64,000 nt of DNA. Origin: a virus. Positions 1-9,713 of the stretch are shown here, piece after piece. The stretch covers positions 64,001 to 128,000 of IMG/VR virus record IMGVR_UViG_3300044681_000369; one strand, 5' to 3'. The notes under the pieces were generated by a model. That model was not told the DNA's origin. It searched no databases and worked only from the letters and a program-made list of their open reading frames with translations. A program made the translations under genes and the position numbers. Each line of letters begins with the position of its first letter. Positions within the stretch are counted from its first letter, which is position 1.

Positions 1-178
1 CGTTCTTATCAGCAGACCAATATATTCTTCTGATATTTACAACAGGAGAAGCCACGGTTTCAGTGGATTTCTTTAGTGTAGTGGCAAGGGCAATAGTCGC
101 AGTCTCGCTGTTCTGGCCGTGAACCTTTACGACACCTTGCACTTGTGTAAGTTTTAGAACAGTGGTAATTGCTGCCAT
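1..178 (-). CDS. Partial (runs off window start) hypothetical head-module protein, MAAITTVLKLTQVQGVVKVHG...
   Basis: Read manually: ATG at 178 preceded by GGTAAGGA SD, open to position 1. Lies downstream of the portal/core genes. Confidence 0.7.
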   Translation of the reverse strand, partial: MAAITTVLKLTQVQGVVKVHGQNSETATIALATTLKKSTETVASPVVNIRRIYWSADKN

Positions 179-188
179 TTGCTATTCC

Positions 189-491
189 TTACCTTTTAGT
201 TTGTGGCGAGCCTAATGTGGCTTGCATATCTTTTTTGGACTTTTTGTGTTTTGCTTTAAATTCTTTTTCGCCCATTTGTTCCATATCATACGCAAGCTCT
301 TTCATGCGACCTTCAGCCGCAAACTCAACCTCTTCTGCGGCAAGCTTGGCAGCAATTGCCATTTCTCGGCGCTTCTTGTCAGACTTGCCTGTAAATTGTG
401 GCGCATCGGATTTTTTAAAGTCACGAATGACTGTACCCATGCTTGCCTTTCTTACGTCAAGTCTTTCTAAGAGGTTTTTATACGTTATCAT
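189..491 (-). CDS. Prohead core/internal head protein (gp68-position)
   Basis: Charged ~100 aa ORF. Likely start MITYKNLLE at 491 overlaps the upstream stop. Synteny after portal and the gp67-like gene. Confidence 0.6.
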   Translation of the reverse strand: MITYKNLLERLDVRKASMGTVIRDFKKSDAPQFTGKSDKKRREMAIAAKLAAEEVEFAAEGRMKELAYDMEQMGEKEFKAKHKKSKKDMQATLGSPQTKR

Positions 492-771
492 CTGTGTTTT
501 CCTGAGCTTCGTCTGCAATATCATCTTCTACAGTTGCTGGCGAATCATCAAAAATGCTTGCGGCATATTGTTGACGCATAGCATCCAATCTTTGTGCAAC
601 TTTATCATCCATAATACTGTTAAACATCTCTTCCGCATCCGAAAGAGTATTATTATCAATACTATTTATAAAGTCATCCATAGTAAACTCTGAATTATCT
701 TCAACGTCTTCATTACCAACTGGTTCTTTAGGATCGTTTACTGGTTCATTTTCAAATTCATTATCTTCCAT
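478..771 (-). CDS. gp67: Acidic prohead core protein (gp67-like)
   Basis: Very acidic small ORF directly after the portal. Likely start MEDNEFE at 771. Confidence 0.6.
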   Translation of the reverse strand: MEDNEFENEPVNDPKEPVGNEDVEDNSEFTMDDFINSIDNNTLSDAEEMFNSIMDDKVAQRLDAMRQQYAASIFDDSPATVEDDIADEAQENTDDNV

Positions 772-2341
772 TATTTTGCTCCAAGTTTGATTGCGCATTC
801 GGATCAAGTTCTTGTGGTGGTTGTCCCTCTAACGGAGAATAATCTGGAGGTGACACTTCAGGAACTTCCGAATCATTTTCTTGTTTAATTTCGTCAATCT
901 CATCGTCAGAAAGTTTCAAAATTTCTTTCTGAACATAAGACTTACTATACATTGTACCAATAAATGGCGCAACGCCCTGCAAAATTTCTATCCGTGATTG
1001 CAAAATTTGTTGCTCTTTTGATTCGGTATAGAAAGCATCTGTAGCATATCTATACTGAATTTGATCTTTAATTTTTTTCCAGTCTTCTTCTGTAAGAATA
1101 CCTTTGAGAATTAACTGTGTTTTTAATAAGTCATCAAACAACAAAGCAAAACGTCTACGAAGTTTAGCAACAAATTTTGTAAATTTCCACTCATCTCTAT
1201 TTATTTCTGCGGCACGACCAAAATTTAAACCTGTAACTTGCTGTAGTCTAGAAATTGGCACATTCAACGCTTGATATAATTTTGTCTGGAAGTATTCAAT
1301 ATCTCCCATTTCACCTAAACCCTGACCGCCAGGTAAAGTCTCAATCTGTGTACCTCTGCCACCTTCTCTTCTTGGCAACCAGAAGTCCTCAAGCATTGAC
1401 ATGAACTTTTTGTCATCTCTAATCTCACCAGTATTTGAATCGTAAACAATTTTGTTACGATACTGATTCATAATGCCTTTTAAATATTGCTCGGCTTTAA
1501 TCTTAGGCAAGTTACCAACATCAACATAGAATACTCTGCGCTCAGGTGCTCTAGTGATACGATAAATTACTGCCGCATTTTCCATCATGCGTAACTGATT
1601 TGCTGGACGAATTGCCTTGTGTAAATACGACAAAGGCATGTTTCTGTCCATGTCTTTTAATCCAGAAGGCACAAAACAAATTGCATCCTTCTCAATACGC
1701 ATTGTTCCTGCACCACCTTGTTGCAAAGATGCTGAAGGTGTAAAGGTCTTGTTAGGAACTAAGCCGCGTTCATTGTAAATAAAATACTCTTTGATATCCT
1801 TAATAAACTCAACACCAGTTGCCTGATCTTTTTCTTTAAGGATTTCTCGCATCTTTTTAATCTTGCGAGGATCGATATATCTTACGTCTTTTAAACCATC
1901 TTTTGGTCTTGCTGTATCAATAACTTTATGAAAATACAGTCTACCGTCAATATACCAATGTCTAAAATAATCTTGCGCTCTTAAATTAAAATCAAGTAAT
2001 TGAAGCAGGTATTGAAACTCTGCTTCAATATCTTTCTTGATTCCTCTAGATAAGTCCACGTTATCTAAGTCAATAGTAAGTGGAGCTTCATCATCTAAGT
2101 TAGCAACAGCATCGTTTACAATATCGTCAATTGCAGTGTCAATATCGGACATTATAGCAATGTCACGATACTTTCTAATCAACTCAATTTCATTGTTTGC
2201 AATACCATCAATGTCGATATATGTGCCGTAATAACCACCAGCTCGGATAGTTTCTACGCCACCATCGTCCGTAGGCGCCACGAACGATCTCTCTGTTTCG
2301 GGCGCCTTGGACCTTTCAATTGTATAACCAAATAATTTCAT
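761..2341 (-). CDS. gp20: Portal vertex protein
   Basis: T4 gp20 motifs IYRITRAPERRVFYVDVGNLPK and EDFWLPRREGGRGTQIETLPGG. Confidence 0.98.
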   Translation of the reverse strand: MKLFGYTIERSKAPETERSFVAPTDDGGVETIRAGGYYGTYIDIDGIANNEIELIRKYRDIAIMSDIDTAIDDIVNDAVANLDDEAPLTIDLDNVDLSRGIKKDIEAEFQYLLQLLDFNLRAQDYFRHWYIDGRLYFHKVIDTARPKDGLKDVRYIDPRKIKKMREILKEKDQATGVEFIKDIKEYFIYNERGLVPNKTFTPSASLQQGGAGTMRIEKDAICFVPSGLKDMDRNMPLSYLHKAIRPANQLRMMENAAVIYRITRAPERRVFYVDVGNLPKIKAEQYLKGIMNQYRNKIVYDSNTGEIRDDKKFMSMLEDFWLPRREGGRGTQIETLPGGQGLGEMGDIEYFQTKLYQALNVPISRLQQVTGLNFGRAAEINRDEWKFTKFVAKLRRRFALLFDDLLKTQLILKGILTEEDWKKIKDQIQYRYATDAFYTESKEQQILQSRIEILQGVAPFIGTMYSKSYVQKEILKLSDDEIDEIKQENDSEVPEVSPPDYSPLEGQPPQELDPNAQSNLEQNNGR

Positions 2342-2370
2342 TATTTAACCATTCTACGATACCGCCAAAA

Positions 2371-2904
2371 TTAAACGGCGGTACCACCAGCTGACGAGTA
2401 TGTGTAATACTGATATTGGAAAGTCACTGAGAACTCTTCAATAACATCATTCTGACCATAGTTTAGACCAACATCAGATACGTTGATTGGGAATGCACCC
2501 TCAAGAACGTATGTTGCAATTGCGGCTTCGGAATCGCCAGTCTCGCGGGCTAGTTGCTCAACAACGATTTGCTGAGTGTAGTCCTGCCAGGCTGTTGCGC
2601 CCTCATTGGTTTGAACGTTGTTAATTAGGTTCATCCATTCCATCATTGCACCGTGGATGGTAAAACCAGTGTCGTTAAGAACTGTAATTGTGAACGGATC
2701 ATAGATTCGCTCACCAGCAAACTTAACTTCACGACCACGATACTGTACAATCGTTGGATTGATTGTAGCTGATGGAAGTGTAGCACCGGTGACTAGCAAG
2801 TTGTAGTCACCTAGTGTGCCGTTTGGTGTGTTTAGGGTAACTCTAAATTGGTTTGGTCTTGCACCACCATTTCCTAGTAACCCCTTAAAAGCGTCAATTT
2901 GCAT
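2371..2904 (-). CDS. gp19: Tail tube protein
   Basis: GGARPNQFRV, YRGREVKFAGER, IEEFSVTFQYQY; lies between sheath and portal. Confidence 0.95.
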   Translation of the reverse strand: MQIDAFKGLLGNGGARPNQFRVTLNTPNGTLGDYNLLVTGATLPSATINPTIVQYRGREVKFAGERIYDPFTITVLNDTGFTIHGAMMEWMNLINNVQTNEGATAWQDYTQQIVVEQLARETGDSEAAIATYVLEGAFPINVSDVGLNYGQNDVIEEFSVTFQYQYYTYSSAGGTAV

Positions 2905-2942
2905 AATAGTCTCCTATTTCTTTTGTTCTATTTATTGGGTTA

Positions 2943-4610
2943 TTAGGCACCAACTTCCTCGAACGATACTGAAGTTCTTACCGCAACAAAGTTGAGGTAA
3001 ATGAAGTTGATTGAACGGGCAGGTTTGATGTAGATGTCTGCAACAAACTCATTGCGGTCAATAACTTCTCCAGTATTGTTTGTTTCGTCACAAACAACTC
3101 GGAAGTCATAGATACCACGGCGACCCTGTACGTCTCTTAGGAAAGGCTCAACCATGGAGCGGAACTGCGCTCTTGTGAATACATCGTTGAACTCGAACAA
3201 CTGATACTTAGCGGCAGTAGCAATTGCTTTCTCAAGAACAATAAACAGTCTACGAACGTTAATACGATCAAATGCGCTTGGCTTGCTCAACTGAGTCTTA
3301 TCACCAAACAAGACTGTACCCTGACCAACAAACGAAACAACTGGGTTGACGTTCGATTTGTATAGAGTATCACGCTCTGTCTGATCTGGTGACCAGATTA
3401 GCTTGATAACATTCTTGACCTGACCACGATTGTAACCAGCAGGTGACCACCAAGGATCATTTGTCTGGTCTGTTCTAGCACATAGACCGGCAGTATCAGC
3501 ATTTAGAGGAATGTTAACATACTCGTCATTGTATGAGTCGTATTGAACTTTCCAGCCAGAATCCATCACCGCATATGAAGTTGAGCGATTGATGGTTGTG
3601 TTTCTGTAGTCTGCAACGTCGGTAGCCTCTGAACCAGCATTATTCTTAACTGCCACTAGAGGAGGCGAGAAGAATACCATGCAGTCTAGGCGAGCTAGTG
3701 CTACGTTGTCGATGGCATGCTTGACGACCGTATCGCTGTGACCACCAGTTAGTAGCAGAGAAACATCGTACTTGTCTTTGTCGGCCAGCATTGAGTAGCC
3801 AACATTGATGTCTGCATCCGAAGGTTCAACAGAGGTACCACCAGCAAAGGTGTGTGTATCTGGCTCAGATAGGCTCATAAATGTTGTGCCAATTGCTGTC
3901 CCGCCCCAGTTGGTCATTGAATTAGGATGATCCATCCACCAAATATACTGAGAACCCTTGTTGAGAACTTCTTTATAGTAGTTTGTGCTACCGTCAGAGA
4001 GTTTAGCAGTAAGAGCCTTAGACATGAATGGCCACTTCTCTAGTACGGCACCCTGTGTTCCGGTAAATACGCCGCTACCGTCGATGATGATAACGTGAAG
4101 TTCGTCATTTGAACCCGACTTGCTGGCTACAAAAGCAGATGTGCCTGGAGCACTATCAAAGTATGCTTTGTAGTCCCATTCGTCAAATGTTGCTGAGTCT
4201 GCCATGGAAACGATAAGACCGTTGCCACCTAGACCTGGGCATTTTGCCGCCCAGTTGCCAACATCAGCAGAACCTGTTGAGTAGTTGTTGTCGTAGTGAA
4301 CCTCGTTCTCAACAAGAATGCCTGTGCCGTCGGCAGTAGCATTCTTTGAACCTTCACCAACTACACGAACCAACTGTAGATTGTTGCCGTAGCCCAAAAA
4401 GTTAGATGCAGTAAAGAAGTCTACCTTATTGGAAACTGGTTTACCGAAGTATCTTACTAGATTTGCTTCGTTAGAAATTACTCTAACTTCCTTAACAGGT
4501 CCCCAAGTGAAATTACCAACAAAGCCTGCCGCAGAACTTGATACCGCAGGAACAATGTTGGTTAAATCCTTCTCTGTAACTTGGACGCCTGGCGATAATT
4601 GAAAAGCCAT
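2943..4610 (-). CDS. gp18: Tail sheath protein
   Basis: SPGVQVTEKDLT N-terminus; WWSPAGYNRG, FDRINVRRLF, IKPARSINFI. Confidence 0.98.
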   Translation of the reverse strand: MAFQLSPGVQVTEKDLTNIVPAVSSSAAGFVGNFTWGPVKEVRVISNEANLVRYFGKPVSNKVDFFTASNFLGYGNNLQLVRVVGEGSKNATADGTGILVENEVHYDNNYSTGSADVGNWAAKCPGLGGNGLIVSMADSATFDEWDYKAYFDSAPGTSAFVASKSGSNDELHVIIIDGSGVFTGTQGAVLEKWPFMSKALTAKLSDGSTNYYKEVLNKGSQYIWWMDHPNSMTNWGGTAIGTTFMSLSEPDTHTFAGGTSVEPSDADINVGYSMLADKDKYDVSLLLTGGHSDTVVKHAIDNVALARLDCMVFFSPPLVAVKNNAGSEATDVADYRNTTINRSTSYAVMDSGWKVQYDSYNDEYVNIPLNADTAGLCARTDQTNDPWWSPAGYNRGQVKNVIKLIWSPDQTERDTLYKSNVNPVVSFVGQGTVLFGDKTQLSKPSAFDRINVRRLFIVLEKAIATAAKYQLFEFNDVFTRAQFRSMVEPFLRDVQGRRGIYDFRVVCDETNNTGEVIDRNEFVADIYIKPARSINFIYLNFVAVRTSVSFEEVGA

Positions 4611-4667
4611 ATTCTTCTCCTCGTTTTAATATAATCTGACAACCACTTGTCTTGTTTTATATGAATT

Positions 4668-4675
4668 TATTTATA
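4668..4675 (-). promoter_or_regulatory. T4-type late promoter TATAAATA upstream of gp18
   Basis: Exact TATAAATA on the minus strand in the gp17-gp18 intergenic region. Confidence 0.8.
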
Positions 4676-4688
4676 ATAACCGATATTT

Positions 4689-6320
4689 CTATCTAAACCA
4701 ATTCGATCCCACATCGGAATCGACTTTCCACACATCGCCCGATTCCACAAAAACTTCTTCTTCAGTGCCGTTATTTATAGCACCGAAAGGAGTAAGTTCA
4801 TCCTCGATCTGTTCCATCTGCTCTGAATACATCTTCTTACGAACATCAACATCTGTCATGTCTTTGAAGTAAGGATTACTTGACATCCAGGCAATTAAAA
4901 CCAATGACATTACGAGATCATCAAAATATCCTTCGTCTGCCATCCAGGATCCTTGCTTTTCAATAAAAGTCGAGAACTCAGAGATGGTATCCGCATCAAA
5001 TACCAATAATTTCTGCTCTTCAAGTAAAGATTTTAAGGCAAAACAGCCCTGGCGCTTTACTTGTTTGGTCATTCTAACACCGCGTTGGGTTTTTGTGCCA
5101 AATCCAGGTGACAAATATTGCTTCAACTGGGCTTTGACAGTAGTTAGAATGTTGTCATACTCCAATTCCATATGGAGAATGTCTGCTACTTGTTGACCAA
5201 TATCGTTAATCTCAACAAGAACATATGCTTTATTATAATCATTGCCAACCTTAGCAATGATGTTTGGAAACAACATGGGTGCAATCTTATTATCACGATA
5301 CTTAGCCACCAGTTTATATGGGACTTGAGTTACGTCAACAACACTAAATGTTGAATAATCTCCACCCACGCCTCGTGCCGTATCAACACCCATCGCATAA
5401 ATGTGATCTTTTATAGGCTCTTCATATATATCTAAACCGTCTTTTTGATAAATTGGATCAACAGAACTCATGGCACCCAAAGTCTTGGCACCAATCAGTG
5501 TGTTGCTTGAACCCAAAAACTCACATAGAACTTCTTGATTGAACTTCAATTCACCAAGAAGACGTAACTGTTCTTCTGCCCATGCATCATCTCTACCAGG
5601 AATTCTGTGGTAAGGAATGAACATCGGCTCAAACCCGTTACGACCTTTTTCTGCTTCGTTCCAGAATTTCCAGAAATGGTTATAACCAAGTGGGGTTGAG
5701 GTCAAAAGAATTTTTGTTGTTTGACCAGCTGAAATGGTAGGATAAACGGATGCAAAGAACTGCTCTGCAACGGTGTTTGGAATGATTGCCGCTTCGTCAA
5801 TGTATAGCCAGTTAACAGACTTACCACGAATACCAGAAGCGGTAGTAGCGGCGGTAAAAATTTTAGACCCGTTTTCTAGTTCTACGTCACCCTTGTTCCA
5901 TGTACGAACGCCCTGTTGCATCCATAATGGCAAATTCTCATACATACCCTGATAACGAGCCATAACTTCCCTGGCTGCAGCCGTCTTGTTAGCCATAATA
6001 GCCACGGTCTTACTATCTTGGAAAAGAGTATACCACAAAATACAAGCGGCAGATGTAATAGTCTTACCCTGCTGGCGACCTTCCATTAAAATTGCTTTAC
6101 GATTGTTTAGAATGTGGTGAACTTTTTCTTTCTGACAATCGTATAATTTAAATAATTGTAAGCCGTGGTCCAGAGTAACTATTTGACAATAGTTCTCAAT
6201 AAAATAAATTGGATCTTCTTGGCACTTTATCAACTCAATAAGTTGTTCGTTGGTAAAAGTGTGTGTAAATCCAGCCGGCTTTAAATTGATATTACCGTGA
6301 TATGAATTTTCAGTCGCCAT
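4689..6320 (-). CDS. gp17: Terminase large subunit
   Basis: Walker A GRQQGKT, Walker B LYIDEAA, STPLG, nuclease motif DDLVMSL. Confidence 0.98.
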   Translation of the reverse strand: MATENSYHGNINLKPAGFTHTFTNEQLIELIKCQEDPIYFIENYCQIVTLDHGLQLFKLYDCQKEKVHHILNNRKAILMEGRQQGKTITSAACILWYTLFQDSKTVAIMANKTAAAREVMARYQGMYENLPLWMQQGVRTWNKGDVELENGSKIFTAATTASGIRGKSVNWLYIDEAAIIPNTVAEQFFASVYPTISAGQTTKILLTSTPLGYNHFWKFWNEAEKGRNGFEPMFIPYHRIPGRDDAWAEEQLRLLGELKFNQEVLCEFLGSSNTLIGAKTLGAMSSVDPIYQKDGLDIYEEPIKDHIYAMGVDTARGVGGDYSTFSVVDVTQVPYKLVAKYRDNKIAPMLFPNIIAKVGNDYNKAYVLVEINDIGQQVADILHMELEYDNILTTVKAQLKQYLSPGFGTKTQRGVRMTKQVKRQGCFALKSLLEEQKLLVFDADTISEFSTFIEKQGSWMADEGYFDDLVMSLVLIAWMSSNPYFKDMTDVDVRKKMYSEQMEQIEDELTPFGAINNGTEEEVFVESGDVWKVDSDVGSNWFR

Positions 6321-6783
6321 GATCTATAATATTTTCTTTTTCTGCTTTTAAGGCTTTCAGTAATTCTTGTGTGCTTCCGGCAAAAACAATATTATTCTGG
6401 GTATCGATATTTTGTGACTTAGATTCTGGATCACGCAACTTCTTTTTTGCGCTTTGAAGAGCAAGCAAGTCTTTAGCCGTATCGCCTGTTGTTTTAATTA
6501 ATTGTCCAACAACCTCATATGCTCTAGGGCTATCGCTTGATAACGCAACATTTAGTGCGCCATCTAAAGCCTTTTCGCTTTTAGTGATGAGATCGTTTAA
6601 TTTTTTTCTTGCTACCTGATAATCATCTTCAATATCATCTCCGGTGGAAACGACTTCAGGTAAAGCTGGCGGGTCTTGAATTGCAGGAAGCTGTTGGGAT
6701 TCTTCCCGCTTTTTTAACGCATCTTCCAGATGTGTTCCAAAAATATCATCAAGTTTATTATAGGGGTTGTTCGTAGGTTTCAT
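6310..6783 (-). CDS. gp16: Terminase small subunit
   Basis: SDSPRAYEVVGQLIK and NNIVFAGSTQELLK. Start MKPTNN at 6783 has a GGAG SD. Confidence 0.92.
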   Translation of the reverse strand: MKPTNNPYNKLDDIFGTHLEDALKKREESQQLPAIQDPPALPEVVSTGDDIEDDYQVARKKLNDLITKSEKALDGALNVALSSDSPRAYEVVGQLIKTTGDTAKDLLALQSAKKKLRDPESKSQNIDTQNNIVFAGSTQELLKALKAEKENIIDHGD

Positions 6784-7549
6784 CAAACTGCTCCACATAG
6801 TCCCAGGCATCAACCACAGTTGCGTCTTCAGGATTTACTGTAACTGTATATTTACGGCTAATATCCGCATTTGTGTCTAAAGTCTCATAAGTCTTAGCAA
6901 TTGCCGTTTTAATAACGCCTTCTTGACTTACTGGACCATAGAAATTTAATGCTAGGGTAAATGATAATTCCCAAACAATTGCTGTTCTCTGAGTAAAGTT
7001 GCCCTCATACACATCTTGATATGTAATTCCGTCTAACCCAATTTCAAGAACTCTTTTGATTCCCATTTCTGGCAAATCATTAATAGAAACAGCAAAGTCT
7101 GGATTAAAAAACGGCAGTATTTGCTCTAATATCTGTAAACCATCATCTTGATTTTTTGCGGCAATATACAAATTAATATTCATATTATATGGTGCCGCAA
7201 CATATTGACTGCGAACGGAGTTTGGTCTATCGTCAACTCCTATCGCCTTATTCTTCTGAATGTAACTGACTTTTCTACTAGGATCATGAGACAGCCCTAC
7301 AATCTCAAAGCCCATTCTGGGAAGTATTGTAGCAACAGTGGCTGGCTGTACGCCATCATCGCCACCAGGAACAGCCTGAACTCTAGTTAAAAACTTATCT
7401 TTTGGAGCATATGCAAGTGGAACTCTGAGAGATTGTACAATCTTGGAAGAGGAATTCAATCTATTGATCGTTATTTGATTGAAGATTGTTCCAAAGGCAA
7501 TAATTGCCTTTCTAATATGCTGATGATAAAAGTGTTGTTTTAAAAACAT
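6758..7549 (-). CDS. gp15: Tail sheath stabiliser/completion protein
   Basis: FYHQHIRKAIIAFGTIFN, LPRMGFEI, QILEQILPFFNP. Confidence 0.95.
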   Translation of the reverse strand: MFLKQHFYHQHIRKAIIAFGTIFNQITINRLNSSSKIVQSLRVPLAYAPKDKFLTRVQAVPGGDDGVQPATVATILPRMGFEIVGLSHDPSRKVSYIQKNKAIGVDDRPNSVRSQYVAAPYNMNINLYIAAKNQDDGLQILEQILPFFNPDFAVSINDLPEMGIKRVLEIGLDGITYQDVYEGNFTQRTAIVWELSFTLALNFYGPVSQEGVIKTAIAKTYETLDTNADISRKYTVTVNPEDATVVDAWDYVEQFDETYEQPL

Positions 7550-8289
7550 TATCTAATCTCACCAAATGGGTTGAATGCAGAGAAATCGATAATTCCTTCT
7601 GCTTCGCTTTCTATATCAAGAGTATCATCAATTAATACAGATGTAGTAGATTTGAATTTTTCCATAATAATAGCTTTGCCATATTCATCTACAAGATTAT
7701 TGCCACTCTCGGTCAACACTTGCCATGCAAGTGAATCTTGAGTTTTATCATCTATAGAGTTTTGAATTCCTTCAATATCTGTATCAACAAATTCAGAACT
7801 GTATTCCCAAACCTCACATGCAAGTTTAAATGTATAAATTTTGCCTAATTGATAAAAAGGATTTAGAGCATCAACATATGTTATCTGGAAAAATGTCTGT
7901 GTTTTTGGAAAAAATAAAACATCACCTTCGGCTGGGCGATCTGGCAAAATTAAATTTTCTGCCTGTCTACCGATTGCCTCTTCCCAACGTCTTTTAGAAA
8001 CAACAAATGTTGCTGTGGATCTAAACTCGTATCCAAATTTTGTTAGAAGTTCGCCCTGCCCCTCAAATCCATCAGTATTTTCTAGATACATTTCTAGAGG
8101 ATACGCTTGATTGAAATAACCAATAGGGTCTTGATTAAAAATTGGATCTTGATTTACAATTGTGCGCGGAAGATAATAGACATCATGACCATATATCTTC
8201 ATACTCTCAATAACCAAGTCCTCCAACAAACGCTGTTCGTTGGTGGTACCTGAGGTATTACCAGATTGAAAGTAGAAATTAGTGGGCAT
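7549..8289 (-). CDS. gp14: Neck protein
   Basis: EQRLLEDLVIESMKIYGHDVYYLPR, PFYQLGK, C-terminal NPFGE. Confidence 0.95.
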   Translation of the reverse strand: MPTNFYFQSGNTSGTTNEQRLLEDLVIESMKIYGHDVYYLPRTIVNQDPIFNQDPIGYFNQAYPLEMYLENTDGFEGQGELLTKFGYEFRSTATFVVSKRRWEEAIGRQAENLILPDRPAEGDVLFFPKTQTFFQITYVDALNPFYQLGKIYTFKLACEVWEYSSEFVDTDIEGIQNSIDDKTQDSLAWQVLTESGNNLVDEYGKAIIMEKFKSTTSVLIDDTLDIESEAEGIIDFSAFNPFGEIR

Positions 8290-8292
8290 AAT

Positions 8293-9261
8293 TTATCCCA
8301 CCATAAAATCGACAGGAAGTTCTGATTTAGATTGCATCTCTTGTTCTATTAGTGCAATCTCCTGAACGGCTTCATCATAAACTTGCTGTCCATTCATTAT
8401 GATGCCGCCGGGCAATTGCATGCCGCCAAACTTTTTCATGTTCTCGCCCCACTGTCTTTTAATAAGAGCAGTAGCGTATTTCTTTAAGAACATATCATCA
8501 TAAACTTGGGTAAATGTTTCTGGATCTAAAATACGATAACACTCAACAAGAACAAAGTCGCCTGGTTCAAAAACATCTTCCCAGTTGCAATGAACTTTTA
8601 AAGTGTCCGTTTTACGATTGAAAGAAAATGACCTATCGCCAACAAGAAGCATGTCAAGCATTGACAAGTATTGCTTCATTTGTGTATAGTAAATCATATC
8701 CGCAGATAACAAATTATACATGTCATTTAAACGGAATTGATACACAAGATCAAACATGTTGTTTGCGTTTTGTGAGCCACTGCTGGCTCCATTAATAGGC
8801 AATACTCTAATTACTCCAATTACAGCATCGCTAATGGAAATTTCTCCATTTTGCATGTCGCCGGGAGTATAAAAACTTGTAGATGCGAGTGTGCGAGAAT
8901 ACCCGGACTCTTGTCCAGTTAAATTTTCTCCTGCAACAAAGGTGCCTTGAACCTTTGTAATTGTTACTGTGGTGCTGGCTATAGAATAGACCTTACATGA
9001 GGCGCCAGATGTGTCGCCAATCAATGTTTCGCCCACAGTAAAAGAGGGCGCAGAAAGCCCTGTGAATTTTAGGGTAGCTGTTGTTACTTGGTGTTGAAGA
9101 TATACTCTCTCGACACCATCAAAATGATACTCTTGGAAATATTGCAGAGCGTCATCGATTCGGTCGGAAACCTGATCATCATCAACGTTAATCTCTATTA
9201 CTGGAAAACCAAGTCTGCGTAGACAGTAATCTACCAGCCCCTGTCGTGATGAAATAGCCAT
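8293..9261 (-). CDS. gp13: Neck protein (head-tail adaptor) with an inserted beta-rich segment
   Basis: YCLRRLGFPVIEINVDDDQ and KRQWGENMKKFGGMQLPGG. Confidence 0.95.
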   Translation of the reverse strand: MAISSRQGLVDYCLRRLGFPVIEINVDDDQVSDRIDDALQYFQEYHFDGVERVYLQHQVTTATLKFTGLSAPSFTVGETLIGDTSGASCKVYSIASTTVTITKVQGTFVAGENLTGQESGYSRTLASTSFYTPGDMQNGEISISDAVIGVIRVLPINGASSGSQNANNMFDLVYQFRLNDMYNLLSADMIYYTQMKQYLSMLDMLLVGDRSFSFNRKTDTLKVHCNWEDVFEPGDFVLVECYRILDPETFTQVYDDMFLKKYATALIKRQWGENMKKFGGMQLPGGIIMNGQQVYDEAVQEIALIEQEMQSKSELPVDFMVG

Positions 9262-9283
9262 ATTTTGTCCTCTTTTCTAGGAC

Positions 9284-9291
9284 TATTTATA
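9284..9291 (-). promoter_or_regulatory. Late promoter TATAAATA upstream of gp13
   Basis: Exact consensus, ~22 nt before the start codon. Confidence 0.8.
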
Positions 9292-9292
9292 A

Positions 9293-9712
9293 TTACCAAG
9301 AAGACAGTGCTATTCTTTTCCAAGTATTTTCTGAAACACAAATATAAAGATAGTTGGCATCGGCAGCCAATTGATTTACTTTTCCGGTTGCCGTAGATGA
9401 AGCCGGTACACTAACATATTCTACGTTAGTAATAACATCACCCAAAGTCTTTGATGCTGAAGATACGTTTGAAACACTACCTAAATTTAGGTTTGTATCT
9501 ACAGCCTGTGTAATTAAACCGAAGTCTTGACTTGATGAAAGATAATAATCGTCTGGTAGATTGCTACCAATTTCAATGATTGCGCCGTCTGTTCTCTTAG
9601 AATATAATGTACCATCTGCTAAATTTATAGCAAGTTCCCCAACCGCAATTTGACCTGCGGTTGGGGTAACGCCACTTGTTTCACTTCTTTTGAGTTGAAC
9701 GGTGGTTGCCAT
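9293..9712 (-). CDS. Small fibre/adaptor protein
   Basis: N-terminus QLKRS...P....AVGELAINLADG, typical of phage fibre N-terminal attachment domains; C-terminus YLYICVSENTWKR. Confidence 0.7.
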   Translation of the reverse strand: MATTVQLKRSETSGVTPTAGQIAVGELAINLADGTLYSKRTDGAIIEIGSNLPDDYYLSSSQDFGLITQAVDTNLNLGSVSNVSSASKTLGDVITNVEYVSVPASSTATGKVNQLAADANYLYICVSENTWKRIALSSW

Positions 9713-9713
9713 A

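Noticed and set aside
169-693. 174-aa + strand ORF and the many other short antisense or alternate-frame ORFs in the track
   Set aside because: They overlap well-supported genes on the opposite strand or in another frame and have no coding signatures.
761-6320. Introns, inteins or homing endonucleases in portal, sheath or terminase
   Set aside because: The ORFs are uninterrupted and of normal length, with no splicing or endonuclease motifs.
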